A stretch of DNA of 63,978 bases, filler included, from Klebsormidium nitens (lineage: Eukaryota > Plantae > Klebsormidiophyceae): the NCBI GenBank assembly GCA_000708835.1. It is 7 parts of 7 records of this genome, joined end to end, with 100 filler letters (N's around TTAATTAATTAA, not from the genome) between each part and the next. Parts side by side here need not be neighbours in the genome. Positions count along the whole stretch, not along the records: positions 23,582 to 41,497 come from DF237957.1; 6 more parts are not named here. One strand, given 5' to 3'. A model generated the notes under the pieces. It was not told the DNA's origin, did no database searches, and worked only from the letters and a program-made list of their open reading frames with translations. The translations under genes and the position numbers were made by a program. Below, piece after piece: positions 23,810 to 35,442 of the stretch. How positions within the stretch are numbered: the first letter of the stretch is position 1; each line of letters begins with the position of its first letter.

Positions 23810-26800
23810 AGATGAGGTCTTTGCGGCCCCAATCAACTCGGCAACTCGTCGTAATTTTCCTTTAACACATAAACATGCCCAGCAGGCGCTCTCTGCACTT
23901 ATGAAGAGCCCCACCGATCCGTCCAAACTACTTACTGGGCAAGCTGCAAACGAGGCTTGGGGCAGTTCGGCCGCAGCAACACGCTCGAATACAATGCCCT
24001 CACAATCAACTGAAGATGGTGTTGCACCTTGGTTGAATCCTATGTTATAGAGATCTATTCAAGAATCATTCCGGCCAGTAGAAGAGCAACTCATGGCCCC
24101 AATTACAAAGGCAGAACTGCAAACATTTTTGAGAGGTACAGGAGTCTCCTCTCCAGGCACTAATCGGATTCAATACGACGTAAATATTACGCTTTATTCT
24201 CTTTCATTCGTCACTGATACACTTGAAACTCGCTCCAATGCTGCTACGGTTTTTGAATCAATTACTGAAAACGAAGCAAATACCTAAGACCATGACATCA
24301 TGTCTACTAACATGTATTCACAACGCAGGAGATCCTTTACAATATTCCAACTATCGAGGCATCAGTCTTTTAAGCTGTCTGTTTAATTGAATCGTCACGG
24401 GGTCGCTCAATGGCAGACTGTAAACAATGCTTCACACACACACGGGATTTGACACAAATTAGGGGGCTAATCGTAAAGGTGTACATAAAGCTCATAAAGC
24501 TGTACCGTTCTAATGAATATCGTCAGCGACGCTCGGATGCATGATAAACCACTACATATCGTATACGCTGACATCGAAGGAGCATTTCCTAGCGTCCCCT
24601 ACCAAGCATTCACTGATGCCTTGACCTCTCTTGGGCTTTCTGGCTCCTTCTTGGATCTCATCCGAGATACAAAGAGCGACTTCACAGTTGTGGCTTGCGG
24701 ATCTACGGGTTATTCCAAACCCCGTCCAAAATTAAATGGTGTACACGAGGGCAATTGCCTTAGTCCAACCCTCTTCTGTTTAGTTTTGAACATGTTCTTT
24801 ATCTGGGTCGCTTCAAACCCTTCTCTAGGTTACACTATGTCTAGCCATGACCAACCCACTGCAAACCCACAGAGCATACGCATTCCAGTTAACGGTTATG
24901 CATATGATATGGCCCTTATTGCCAATAGCCACGCAGATGCTCAATAATTGTTATCCATGCTTGAAAGATTCTTAGCATACTATGGAATGCAATTAAATTC
25001 TGCTAAATGCGCGTATCAATATCGCGTGTGCAATCCATTAATTAACACTAGAACCGTAAGTGCGCCATATATGGCGCACTTAGCTTTTCAATGGGTCGGA
25101 ATTTGGCCCCGGTCAATTTTCGAACTTTTTCCCACTTCGGGCGTCGTGGCCCGGTCACTCCAAGTGCCTTAGTGGCACCTGGTTTCGACGCGAAAAAAAT
25201 TTCGGCCGGCATTTCCACCATTTGACACGTGTCCGGAAAAGTCTAGTTAGGCGCAAATAGTATTTATGTGTATTGGTCTACCGGGTCACCGCGCACTTCC
25301 ACACACCCTATCGGCCCAAGTTCAAACCCCGGCAGTCACAGATTTCTCCATTTGGGATTATTTTGCTATTTATTTATACCATTTTCAGGCAAATAAATAC
25401 AACGAAAAATGCCGGAAAAAGGGTTAAATCCGGGTATACAGCCCCCTAAAAGGCCTTGAATTCGAGATTCAAAGGTTGTGTATTTTATTGGGATATTGAA
25501 AATGACCAGCAAAAGGGTCACCATGATCAAAACCGGAAAAACCCATCTAAAAGGCGAACTTATATATAGCTCTCTCTCAACCGCACAGTTTTGACATAAA
25601 GACCTCATAGATGTATGCTCGGATTCTGAGCTTTCAAAGATGTAGGGGCATATATATGCTTCTTAGGACCCCCTTAGGCAGCTATCAACGTTCCGTTTCG
25701 AAAAAGTTATTATAGACGTTAAAAACCACTCGAATATGCTAAGTGCGCCATATTATATATATATATATGGCGCACTTATTCTGCGGGCAAACTGGCTGCT
25801 CGACCATTTTCGTATATTGCGTGCTTCTGACGAACTTCCAAACATTCCTACGAGTTTATATGTTTGGACAACTAAAATATGACCAGTTTATGGCCCTCAT
25901 TATTTTAAAATATTTTTCCGACACATCGGCCCATATTTTGCAATTTATCTACGATGTTTTTAAGTGCGCCATATATGGCGCACTTAGTTACGGTTCTAGC
26001 TAGTGTTAAACCGTCCCGGCACTCCCACTTACAAGCCGTTGGGGGGCGCGCTTCCGATTCATCATGGCAAAACTCCCTACAAATATCTAAGTTACTTTGC
26101 ACGGTAAATACTCAACTAAGCTTCTCATACCAGCATGAAGCAATGGCTCGCAAATTGAAAGATGACGCACAAAGCTACTACAGTAACAACGCAATGAGTA
26201 TATGTACAGGAAACTATTACCAACGTCAACTCCGATCTAGTTTCAAAACTGAGATATGATCGAATGTATGTGAGCTCTTTTCCAAAAATATATCTTGAGC
26301 AATTTGAACGAACATTGATCGGTGTTGTCAAACGCCTGGCTCGCCTTTCTAGATCGACTGCCAATGACCCTCTTTACAATCAAGGTTTAATAAATGTTCA
26401 CAACCTTCACGAGATAGTTCGAGCAGAGTACTCACAATCCAGTCTGCAGGCTCCTGATACATCTTGCCGCGTCACATCTCAAAAAATCGCCTATGCTGCC
26501 ATCAAACACTCTTCTGAATTAAAAGGAGTGGCGCCTTTCAGTCCGCAAGGGCTGCAAATAGCGTGGTCGGACGCAAGATTTTCGCCACTTTTCCGTGGTG
26601 ACCAAACTTTTTATGTCGCTTGAAATTTCTTTTGACACCCCTCTAGATCTAAACAGCCGCATGATCAGCTGGTGACACTTGCACCTCTTGCATACGAAAC
26701 ATTGAACAAGCACCAGCATCCACTCTGGCTTTGTACACCATTGTTCATTCAACGGCTCCTTCGAAACCTTCGACTCAGCCAACATGCATACACTTTCTGA

Positions 26801-26999
26801 CGTCAATCCATTTTTTGAGCATCCAATTCAACGTTCTGAGTTCGAACCATGGATGCGACAACAAAGCAGAGCGATTAAAACATTCCCACAAATTCTTTCT
26901 AGCAATCTTCAAGTACTACATCCAATTCTCATTCTTCCAAATGTCAGCACGGCTCAACGTTGGCTTCCGAATATTCTACTCCGCATTTTCCTACAGCGT
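23810..26999 (+). pseudogene. Degenerate non-LTR (LINE) reverse transcriptase
   Basis: NYRGISLLSCL, DARMHDKPLHIVYADIEGAFPSVP, GVHEGNCLSPTLF, GYAYDMAL (YADD-like) and YKYL motifs, spread over frames broken by stops and an insertion. Confidence 0.8.
25046..26005. mobile_element. Non-autonomous piggyBac-like MITE (960 bp) inserted in the LINE RT
   Basis: TTAA target at both sides (25042-25045, 26006-26009). Imperfect TIRs CACTAGAACCGTAA.../...TTACGGTTCTAG(CTAG)TG. Removing the element rejoins the RT frame (CNPLI-KPSRHSH). Confidence 0.8.
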
Positions 27000-28103
27000 T
27001 GTCATGCGATATAGGCTCGGCATTCGATTGGACTCGGTAAGTTTGTAGCGTGACATGTGGATCGAAAGAAATGTTATATAATATGATGCATGGTGTTGGT
27101 TATATGGAATTCATAGTCACTCATTATAGGGTAGCTGGCATGTCCAGCTTGTGAAAAGCAAGGATGAAGTTGTAATGCAATTGAACAAGTGAAGATTGAA
27201 AGTGGCGTGCTAACATTCAAGGCAACCCTCGCAACATCCGCACCGGCTCACCTTGAGACTCACAACCAAATGGCAGTGGCTCGTAGGAAGTCCGTTGGAT
27301 GTCCAATGGATAAGCTCAAACACTAGCAAACGACAGAAACAGGTGCATGACACTTACTGATTGGATGATGTCGTCGCCAGAGGCGTGAGACATGATGATG
27401 GGAAACAAGAAGGTAACGCTTAGGGCTATAAGGACGGTTAAGTTACTGTCGTATTCTACTACCGTTGGTGTTGTTCTCCGTGTGATTCTCTGGTCGATGA
27501 TGTTACTATCGCTGCTGGTACTCTGGTACAATGTGTAGTCTTCCTGGTCCGCCGATACTGCTGGCTGGGTGAGTGTACGCGAGCACACTTGTAAGCTGGG
27601 TTGAACGCTCAAGGCGCTCGGATGCCGGTTGGACACGGGGTCCGATTACGATGGTTGATAATGACTTGAATGAAAGTCGAATTGGGAATGGTGATCCCAA
27701 TTGGCTTAAGTACTCGTAGGATCGCCAAGTGAGTTTGGATATCCAATAGCATTGACGGAGTTGGATGTCCGCATGCAGCGAGCACGCTGAGTTCCTAATA
27801 CGTAACCTGGTGACCGCCGGTATCATACCCGGTAACATAAATGGTTATGTACCCTGGGATCGTGGCAGAACGTACTCGGACTGAATCGTATAATCATTGG
27901 ATGCCGGCCGATGTAATTGGTCGTTGGACATCCAATACCGCGTGGTCGTCCAGATCCTATCCTAGTCGGATTCTACGCGGTTGTGGTTAAGTTATACTAA
28001 CTAAGCTTACGTTAAACTAACCAGTTACACTACGGTAGCGCCACGTGTTGCACGCTGATTGGCTAGCCGAGGCGATCTGGCACCGAGGGCATATGGCATG
28101 ACA
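27000..28103. repeat. LTR-like unit (TG...CA, 8-bp inverted termini), followed by a second ~130-bp copy of its left end (28106..28234)
   Basis: Starts TGTCATGC and ends GCATGACA. 27000..27127 is nearly identical to 28106..28234. No TSD found. Confidence 0.5.
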
Positions 28104-29154
28104 GCTGTCATGCGATTTAGGCTCGGCATTCGATTAGACTCGGTAAGTTTGTAGCGTGACATGTAAATCGAAAGAATGTTATATAATATGATGCATGGTG
28201 TTGGTTATATATTGGAATTCATAGTCACTCATTATTCTTCCCTAAGCCACTGAGTCGTTCCGACGAAGGGCAAGGCTTGGGCTGGGGGCAGTGGTATTAT
28301 AAACCCATTAATGCAACTTGTTGACTGTTTTATTTTTTTTTTCCCCCAACTAGTAAAGTGGCATGTTACTACCTTTGTATTAACAATGACTTTGCAGTAC
28401 CCCTGTTGCCACCATACAAGTATGGCATCAGCTCTGACCTGAGATCGCGGAGCGGGGGCGAAAGGTAATGCAAAACATTGTTACTTTATTGCAATCCTAA
28501 CAGTTCTAAATATTGCCGTACTTGTCTACGAATTGGCGTGTGCATTCCGCGCTGTTGTCATTCTCTCCAGCACTGACCTGCTTCTCGATGAATTCAAGGA
28601 TGGTGTTCCTTGCTGGCGTGCCAGTGCGTCGTGTGACGACAATGTTTTGCGGATAGTGCTCCGCACATTCCCTGAGAGTCTGCATTAAGTCTGCGCGTGG
28701 CCATTTGAAAATCATAAAGTGCCGAATTGTGATTGGAGTACGAATCACGTCGTTGATTCGTTCCAGTTCGGTTAGTTCTCTGTGCATTCGGTCTATCAAG
28801 GTGAACCACTGATAGTTCCTGTGCACAAGAGTTCGGCCTGGGCACGCCACTGATCAACTCGCCATTCGAGTTGAGCCTTTTTGTTGGGCCAAAATCCATA
28901 CTCCCATTCAAATGAGGCTAATTTCCTATTGTAATCATATGATACATCCTCTTTACATACTATACTGGTTGTATGGGGGTATTGTCTATTGGTTGAATTT
29001 CATTAAAAGAAGTAGGAGTGGGGGGTGGCCCCCATCCTGACGGGCCTGCTTCCGCTTGATTTGTTGCACTGCTTGCTTCTGATCTGGACGCCATGGTCCC
29101 TGCACATAGTTAATTAAAATATGATTTAGAAAGTGCTCCCCCCTTGCTGGGAGC

Positions 29155-29337
29155 TTATAAAGCGCATCGTGGGCAAAACCAGTCTCCCTTTCGAATTCTT
29201 AATATTGGTGGGTCTAGACAGTCCATGTGATATCCTTCACTGCAATAGTCGCAGATAAGCATCTTGGCTGGTCTGTTTGTTTTCTTGCATATTTGACAGG
29301 CCCAGTCTTCGTCATAGCCTGAGAGCGTGGTATCCAT
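29155..29337 (-). pseudogene. PHD finger at the integrase C-terminus
   Basis: CQICKKTNRPAKMLICDYCSEGYHMDCLDPPILRIRKGDWFCPRC is a C4HC3 PHD finger. Confidence 0.9.
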
Positions 29338-29412
29338 TGTGAGATCAATGGTTGGATTATGACAAGGGGCACAATTCTCGACATGATCTTTGATTGTTTT
29401 CCCGTCTCTTCC

Positions 29413-30923
29413 CTAATGTCGGAGCCCGCCTCCGGGTAAGAGTTCTGCAATCCGTAAGATAATTCGTCCTACGTTGACGTCGAGAGTGTCAACTTTTCTG
29501 CGGCGTAGATAGACTAGATCGCCTACCTCAAAACGCTTGACCTTCCTTGGGGCTCCACTTCCCGGTGCGCGTCTTGGCATACCACAATGTGTCTTTGTGT
29601 TGTGCGGCCTGAAGGTTGCTGAAAGCAATTGGTATTGCTTTGCGAAACTCTTCCGCGCGGTGGGCGATGGCTTCTGCCTAGGTTTTGGGATTGTCTAGGT
29701 CAACGGTGGTGTTGACCAGATCTCGGAGGGTTGCTCCTACCCCTGGGTGCCTTCCAAACATTAAGAAGTACGGTGAGTAGGCTCCTAGTGCGAATTGCTT
29801 GGACATTCGGTAGCCCATGGCAATCCAGGGCACCCAGGTATCCCAGGTGTCAACCGCGTTGGTCAACACGTACTTACGCACGGCTTGCTTTGTTGTTTGA
29901 ACTTGCAGTGCGTTCAGCAAGGCCGTCCGCTTGGGGATGATCTCGTGAAGTTTCGCGATGATCGATGAGCAGCTCCTTGCAGAGTGTATCGAACTCTCCT
30001 TGGAAGACCTGTCCTTGGTCTGTGAGCACTTCAGCTGGAGCCCCAAAATGGGTGCACACTTGAAGGAAAGCTTTAGCTGTTTCATCAGAGGTGTTGTCCC
30101 TGAGGGGAACTAACTCTATCCATTTCGAGAAGTGTTCTATCATTACCATGATGTACACAAACCCAGTTTTAGAGGGAGGAAGTGGTCCTGCAAGGTCGCA
30201 GCTCCATTGGTACCCCAAGCCCATGATTGGTAGCGGCTTGAGTACTGAGTCCTTGACGTTAAAGCTGGCTTTAACTTCATCGCATACGTGGCAACTTGCT
30301 ACTAGTTGAGCAACTTGCTCGTGCATGCCTGCCCACCAGAAAGTGGGTTCCAACAGGGAGTATGTTCGTTACGGTTTCACTCCAAAATGGCCTAATTGTC
30401 GATGGATGCTGTTCACTGATTCGGCCCGTGCTTCTGGTGGGGGTACTCGCTTAGGAGTCCCGTCGTTAGTTACCTTAATCAGGGTGTGGTTCTCGAACCG
30501 GTAACTTTGTGCCTTGCGCCATATCATGTCCCTCTCCTTAGGGCTTGCATGCTGAGGATGTACGCAGTTCTCTTGCAAATAGTGTATGGTGTTATCATCA
30601 GACCAGATATCTGTCATTGGTGTCAGTTCCGGGTCGTCACCTGGAAGATCTCCATCTTTATCTGTCCCGTGGAAATGATTCAGAGCTTCTGAATCGTTGA
30701 TTACGTCTGTGCCCGTGACGCTGGCGGTTGACTTAACTGCCAAATCTAATTCTGGGTGGGAGCTATCCGACTCAGAACTGATTTGAAAAGGAGGTTGTGT
30801 GTAAGATTCGCCAGATGAAATCGCAACTTCCTGCGGGACATGAAGACCTGGGGCGACTGAGGGTCTTGTGCTTCGTGCATACGGTTCAACGATTGGCATG
30901 TTGATTTGTTGAGATGTCAGCAC
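29413..30923 (-). pseudogene. Gypsy integrase (zinc-binding region and rve core), frameshifted
   Basis: IHRQLGHFGVK, FWWAGMHEQV..LVASCHVCDEVK, WSCDLAGPLP, EVLTDQG, HPQADGLAER, YSPYFLMFGRHP. Confidence 0.9.
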
Positions 30924-30974
30924 CTACCGTATTGGTACCTAGGTTGAAGCGCATGCCCGGTGCTTCATAACGTG

Positions 30975-32130
30975 TCATGTAGTCGGCCGGTCCCCCGTCG
31001 ACGATCTCTGCACGGAAGGGAAGGCAACTTGGCTAGTTGATTCCGGGTTCAGGTCTCTGCTCTTTGAGCCTGCATGCATATGTCCGGCTGCATGATGGAA
31101 AGGATATACTTCTCTCTGGAGTGGTCGTCCCTGGCTGCTTTCAGTCGACTTAGCAGTCCATTGTTGACTAACAGTTCTGGCTAACAAGGTAGCCATGGTG
31201 NNNNNNNNNNNNNNNNNNNNNNNNNNNNNNNNAGTGTGTAATTCGAACTCACGAGTGAAATCGGGCCTGCGCAGGATAGGTGCTTCCGTTAAGTGTTTCT
31301 TCAGGGTGTCGAAGGCTGTTTGACACTCATCTGTCCAGTCGTATGATACTCCTTCCTGCAGCAAGTGGTTTAGCAGACTTGCTATCTTGCTGTAACTTTT
31401 TACAAACTTCCGGTAGTAGCCGGCAGTTCCTACGAAGGCTCTGAGTGCACTTACATCGGGTGGAGGCGGAATTCTCAAGATTGCCTCTACCTTCTTTTCT
31501 TGCACTGCTGTTCCTTGGGGGACAATCAGATGGCCCAAGTATCCCACGTCTGGCTTGGCGGCGCGCATCTTTTTGGGATGACATTTGACTCCCCTGTCTC
31601 TTAGCCATTGGAACACTTGTTTCAGATGTGACAAGTGTTCATCAAACGTTCTGCTAAAAGCAATTAGGTCATCAATGTAGCATCGACAGAAAGCTCGTTC
31701 TGCGCGTAGGGTTTGATCCATAACCTTCTGGAAGAAGGCTGGTGCATTCTTTAGTCCGAATGGCATGACTAGCCATTCGTATAACCCATCTGCGCCCCAG
31801 AAGGCGGTCTTGCACCGATCTTTTTTCTACAATCCGTATCTGGTTGTAACCCTGTCGAAAATCCAAAGTAGTAAATACTTTTGCGTCGCCTATTACGTCG
31901 AATATCTCTTCTGGTGTTGGAATTTGGTAGTGGTCAGGGATACTGACCCGATTGAGGCCGCGGTGGTCTCCGCAAGCCCTCCTCTGTGTCCAATCTCCAT
32001 TCTCGTCCTTCTTGGATGGCATGGTAATGGGGGAGGCCCATTGTGACGTGGATGGTCTGATGAGGTCATTCACGTCGTTCTGCCACTTGTTGCGCCAGAT
32101 CCTCTTTTTCCGACTGCGCTAGACGGTATT
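30975..32130 (-). pseudogene. Gypsy reverse transcriptase and truncated RNase H
   Basis: IRPSTSQWASPI, DHRGLNRVSIPDHYQIP, MPFGLKNAPAFFQ, CYIDDLIAFS, LRAFVGTAGYYRKFV, APILRRPDFTREFELHT. Confidence 0.92.
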
Positions 32131-32975
32131 GATGTTTGAACACTGGAGTTTCGTCTTTAACTGGTATTTCAAATTCCACTCCAGGTATGGTGGTCATCTC
32201 TTTCATGTTGAATGCAAAGATGTCCTTGAAGATGTCCAGGAGTTCTGTCAGTTGGCATTGTTGCTGTTCTGTCAATGATGCTCCTAGGGGCCAGCTCCAT
32301 TCTTCTTCTGCTGCTTTTGCAGGCTTAACAGTTAAACTCTGGTGTCCTGCAGGCTTTGTGTCTGGTCTTGAGGGAAGTGTAGTATGCTTGGGTGAGCCTG
32401 CATAACTAACAGGTTGGTTAAGTAGACTTGGTTTGTGAGGAGGGGTTTCTGACTTGGCCAGAGGTTCATTCTGAAGTGAATCATGCTTGTGATTCACGTG
32501 CTCATTGGGTGAGCTTTCATTGCCCTTTCCTGCGCGCCTCAGTTGAAGTCTGGCTTCTTGTCTGCTGAGTGGGTGGTTAGGGTTTTGCTGCTCTGAAAGT
32601 GGTGGGCTCAGAGTGTTTTGCCTGTCATCTATGGTGCTTGTTGACAGAGCGATTTTTAATCGGTCATTGCCAGGCAAACTCATTTTTATCTTCCTCCCCC
32701 CTTGCATACCATCCTGGGCGTTCGCTATGCACTCGGGTACGGAAATCGGGGTGAGACATGATTGAGCGATCGTTAAGAACTGCTAATTTGTATAGTTCGA
32801 ATGGTGAAATGAGCCGGGAAGTTGGAATGCGGCTGAGCTTAGCTAAGTGAGTCACATTAGCTGCGCGTATGTTGGCTAACTGTGACTCTGCGCGCCGTCA
32901 ATTAAGGAAAAAGGCGTGCTGAAAGACCATGATAGCGCTCATAATGAACTTTATCTGGAACATGTCCATGGTGCC

Positions 32976-33910
32976 TCATAGCATTTTCATGCGATCCGCT
33001 TCCGAAGCTGCTTCGTGTTTAGTGGTTCCCACCATGAAACCCATGGCGGCTTCCCTTTCATTAGCATTCGGTTCCTCAAGTTGACATGTCTCTGTGTTGA
33101 TGAGGAGGCTATGCCCATTGTTGCGGTAGGCATGGGAACCTCGTACAGTAAGGAATGTGGAGAATGCGCGAAGTGGCTTGCCGATCTCATTCACGACATA
33201 ATTTCCTGGCACCGACTCGTGTGCTGCGAGTTGTGCCTCATGTTGTGGCTCAATGATGTCGCTTAGTGACTGTGTGGGCACACAGTTTTCAAATGTATGT
33301 GTGACCATGTGCCCTAATAGCGCAGCTGGTATGCCACTGGTCCAGAATCGTCTGTGACGGTGTGCATACGAGCCGACTGCTACTGCATCGAAAGCCACGC
33401 CGTGGCCTAGGATGCCCTTTACTATGTGGTTAAATTCATGCGCAACTTGTGAGTCGCGGTGGTCTGTGGCGTCGACATTTTCAAACAGCCATACACATGG
33501 TCCATGTTGGTTATAGATCCAATGTATTATCTCTACGCATGTATAGAAGAGACTTGTCCGTGTATCGCAAAGCCCAAGGGGCTTTGTGGCTGCGGATGAG
33601 AATCCCTGACATGGAAATCCGGCAATCAAAATATCTGGCGGTTCCAAGCCAGCAATATGCTGCGCGGTAATGTCCGCTCTATCATTTGGTAGTTGATTGT
33701 GACAAATGGCAACAGCATCCATTGTTATATGATGTGGGAACAATTGGCTGAGTCTGGCCAATCGTTGTTTGGCTACTTGCCGACATGTTTCGTCAATTTC
33801 ACAGGCATACATTCTGCGAATCTTTACACCTGCGCGGACGAGCGCTTCAGTTGTCGCGCACAGTCCGGGACAGAGTTCAATGACCACTATGCCTAGGCTG
33901 TTCACAGCTG
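32976..33910 (-). pseudogene. C5 cytosine DNA methyltransferase domain inside Gypsy pol
   Basis: IVVIELCPG (motif I-like), YACEID (II), DILIAGFPCQGFS (IV, catalytic PC), WLFENVD (VI), HRHRRFWT (VIII), EREAAMGF (IX). TGA at 32976-32978 falls just before a motif X-like GTMDMF segment. Confidence 0.88.
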
Positions 33911-34251
33911 TTTGTTCATGGATGTCCACGAAATTTGGATCCAATGGGGATCCATGTCTAGATGCTAACAGAATCGTCAGCTCTGGCGCCTCTGTGAGGC
34001 TGCGTATGCTACGCTGAAAGCTAGCAATGACGCTCTGGGTGTCTACCTGATCCTGAAATTCTAACTGGAGCCGGACGGCTCGCTCGTCATGCGCCGTTTG
34101 AGGCGCCGGGACAGGTCCTGTACACAAATGCCGAAAAGCTGATGGCGGTCTGGGGGCCCGTGGGTCCGTCACACGTCCTGCATAGGACAACGTTACTTTA
34201 TTTATGCGCGAGCTGGTTGCAGAGCTGAGTCCTGAGTTGATGAGATCAACA

Positions 34252-34720
34252 TTAAAAATAGCTGGTAGCTCTGCGGATGGAGAATTCTCTTCCCACCACC
34301 CTGTAATAATACGTGAGAGTTTGAGTGTATGGATTTGGCGTGAGTCCAATCCGCCCAATGAGGCTCATGCCAATTAAAGTTTCGCGTGTCTGCGACGGAA
34401 CTATGGTTAGCTTGACCTGCACCGTTGTGGCCGCAGACGTGCCCGAGTTGATTGAGATCTCAACCGTGCCAGTCCCAGGTCCTGTCCACTGGTGCTGTCG
34501 TGACCGCATCTGCAGTAATCAAACTAATTGCTTTGCGTTGGCGCATTTCTGCGTTAATGCCTAACTTTTTGGCTGTCCAATTGAAAATGATCACACTTTC
34601 GCAGCCGGTGTCGATTGTCAACCACTTCAGAGCCACGCCGTTAATAAAAAAGGCTGGGTTGGGTCCCGAGTTGTCAATTCTGGGTGCCAGTGCGTGGTGA
34701 AATCCGGACACTCGGTCTGC
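34252..34720 (-). pseudogene. Retropepsin-like aspartic protease, frameshifted
   Basis: LKWLTIDTGCESVII (DTG motif), then TLIGMSLIGRIG in the next frame. Confidence 0.75.
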
Positions 34721-35442
34721 ATGATTGGTGAGTGTAAATTTGTCCATGTGGAAAGAACTATCTGGACGCAGAGCATACTGTAGTGATTTGGCATGTGTGT
34801 GGGCCAAATTGGCCTGTTCTACAGGCAAACCACAGAAGGCCAACGGGGGAGCGTAAATCATGTGCCGGATGGCTGTGGGCTGTTTAATTTCGCACCAAGT
34901 ATAGTGACGATAGACACCTAACGCAGTGGCATGTAGAAATTGCGACGCCAGACACAGGCTCATAAACAGGGCCACAGTCTGCCAGGCACTTTGGAACTCC
35001 AGAGTGAGTTCTGCTTCTGGCTTTGGCTTAAGAAAATTGTAAACTAAACGTTCTGATTCAAGAAGCCAACGGGACTGAACCAAAGTGTTTAACCATTGTC
35101 CCAGCATTTTTAGAAATTCACAAGGAAGGCTGTGCGCTGAAGTCCAATGGAATTCCAGCGCTACTCCTTTTGTTAGTTCCAGCAGTTGGTTGACAGCATT
35201 GACTTGAGCGCTGGTGAACCCAACAAAAAACGTGGGCTCTGACAGAATGGGTTCTTCTAAGTTGACCTGTGCCGCACAGGCCCGTTCGGGTGGTATTTTG
35301 ACTTGATGGGCTGTGCGCAATTTTGTCGATTTTTCAATGTAGACATCCTGCGCAGCCACTCTTTCCTGATCAACAACACTTACCAGGTCGTACGGGTTGG
35401 CGGGCTTGCTGCCGGTGGGCCTGAACTTGAGGCTCGCTGCTG

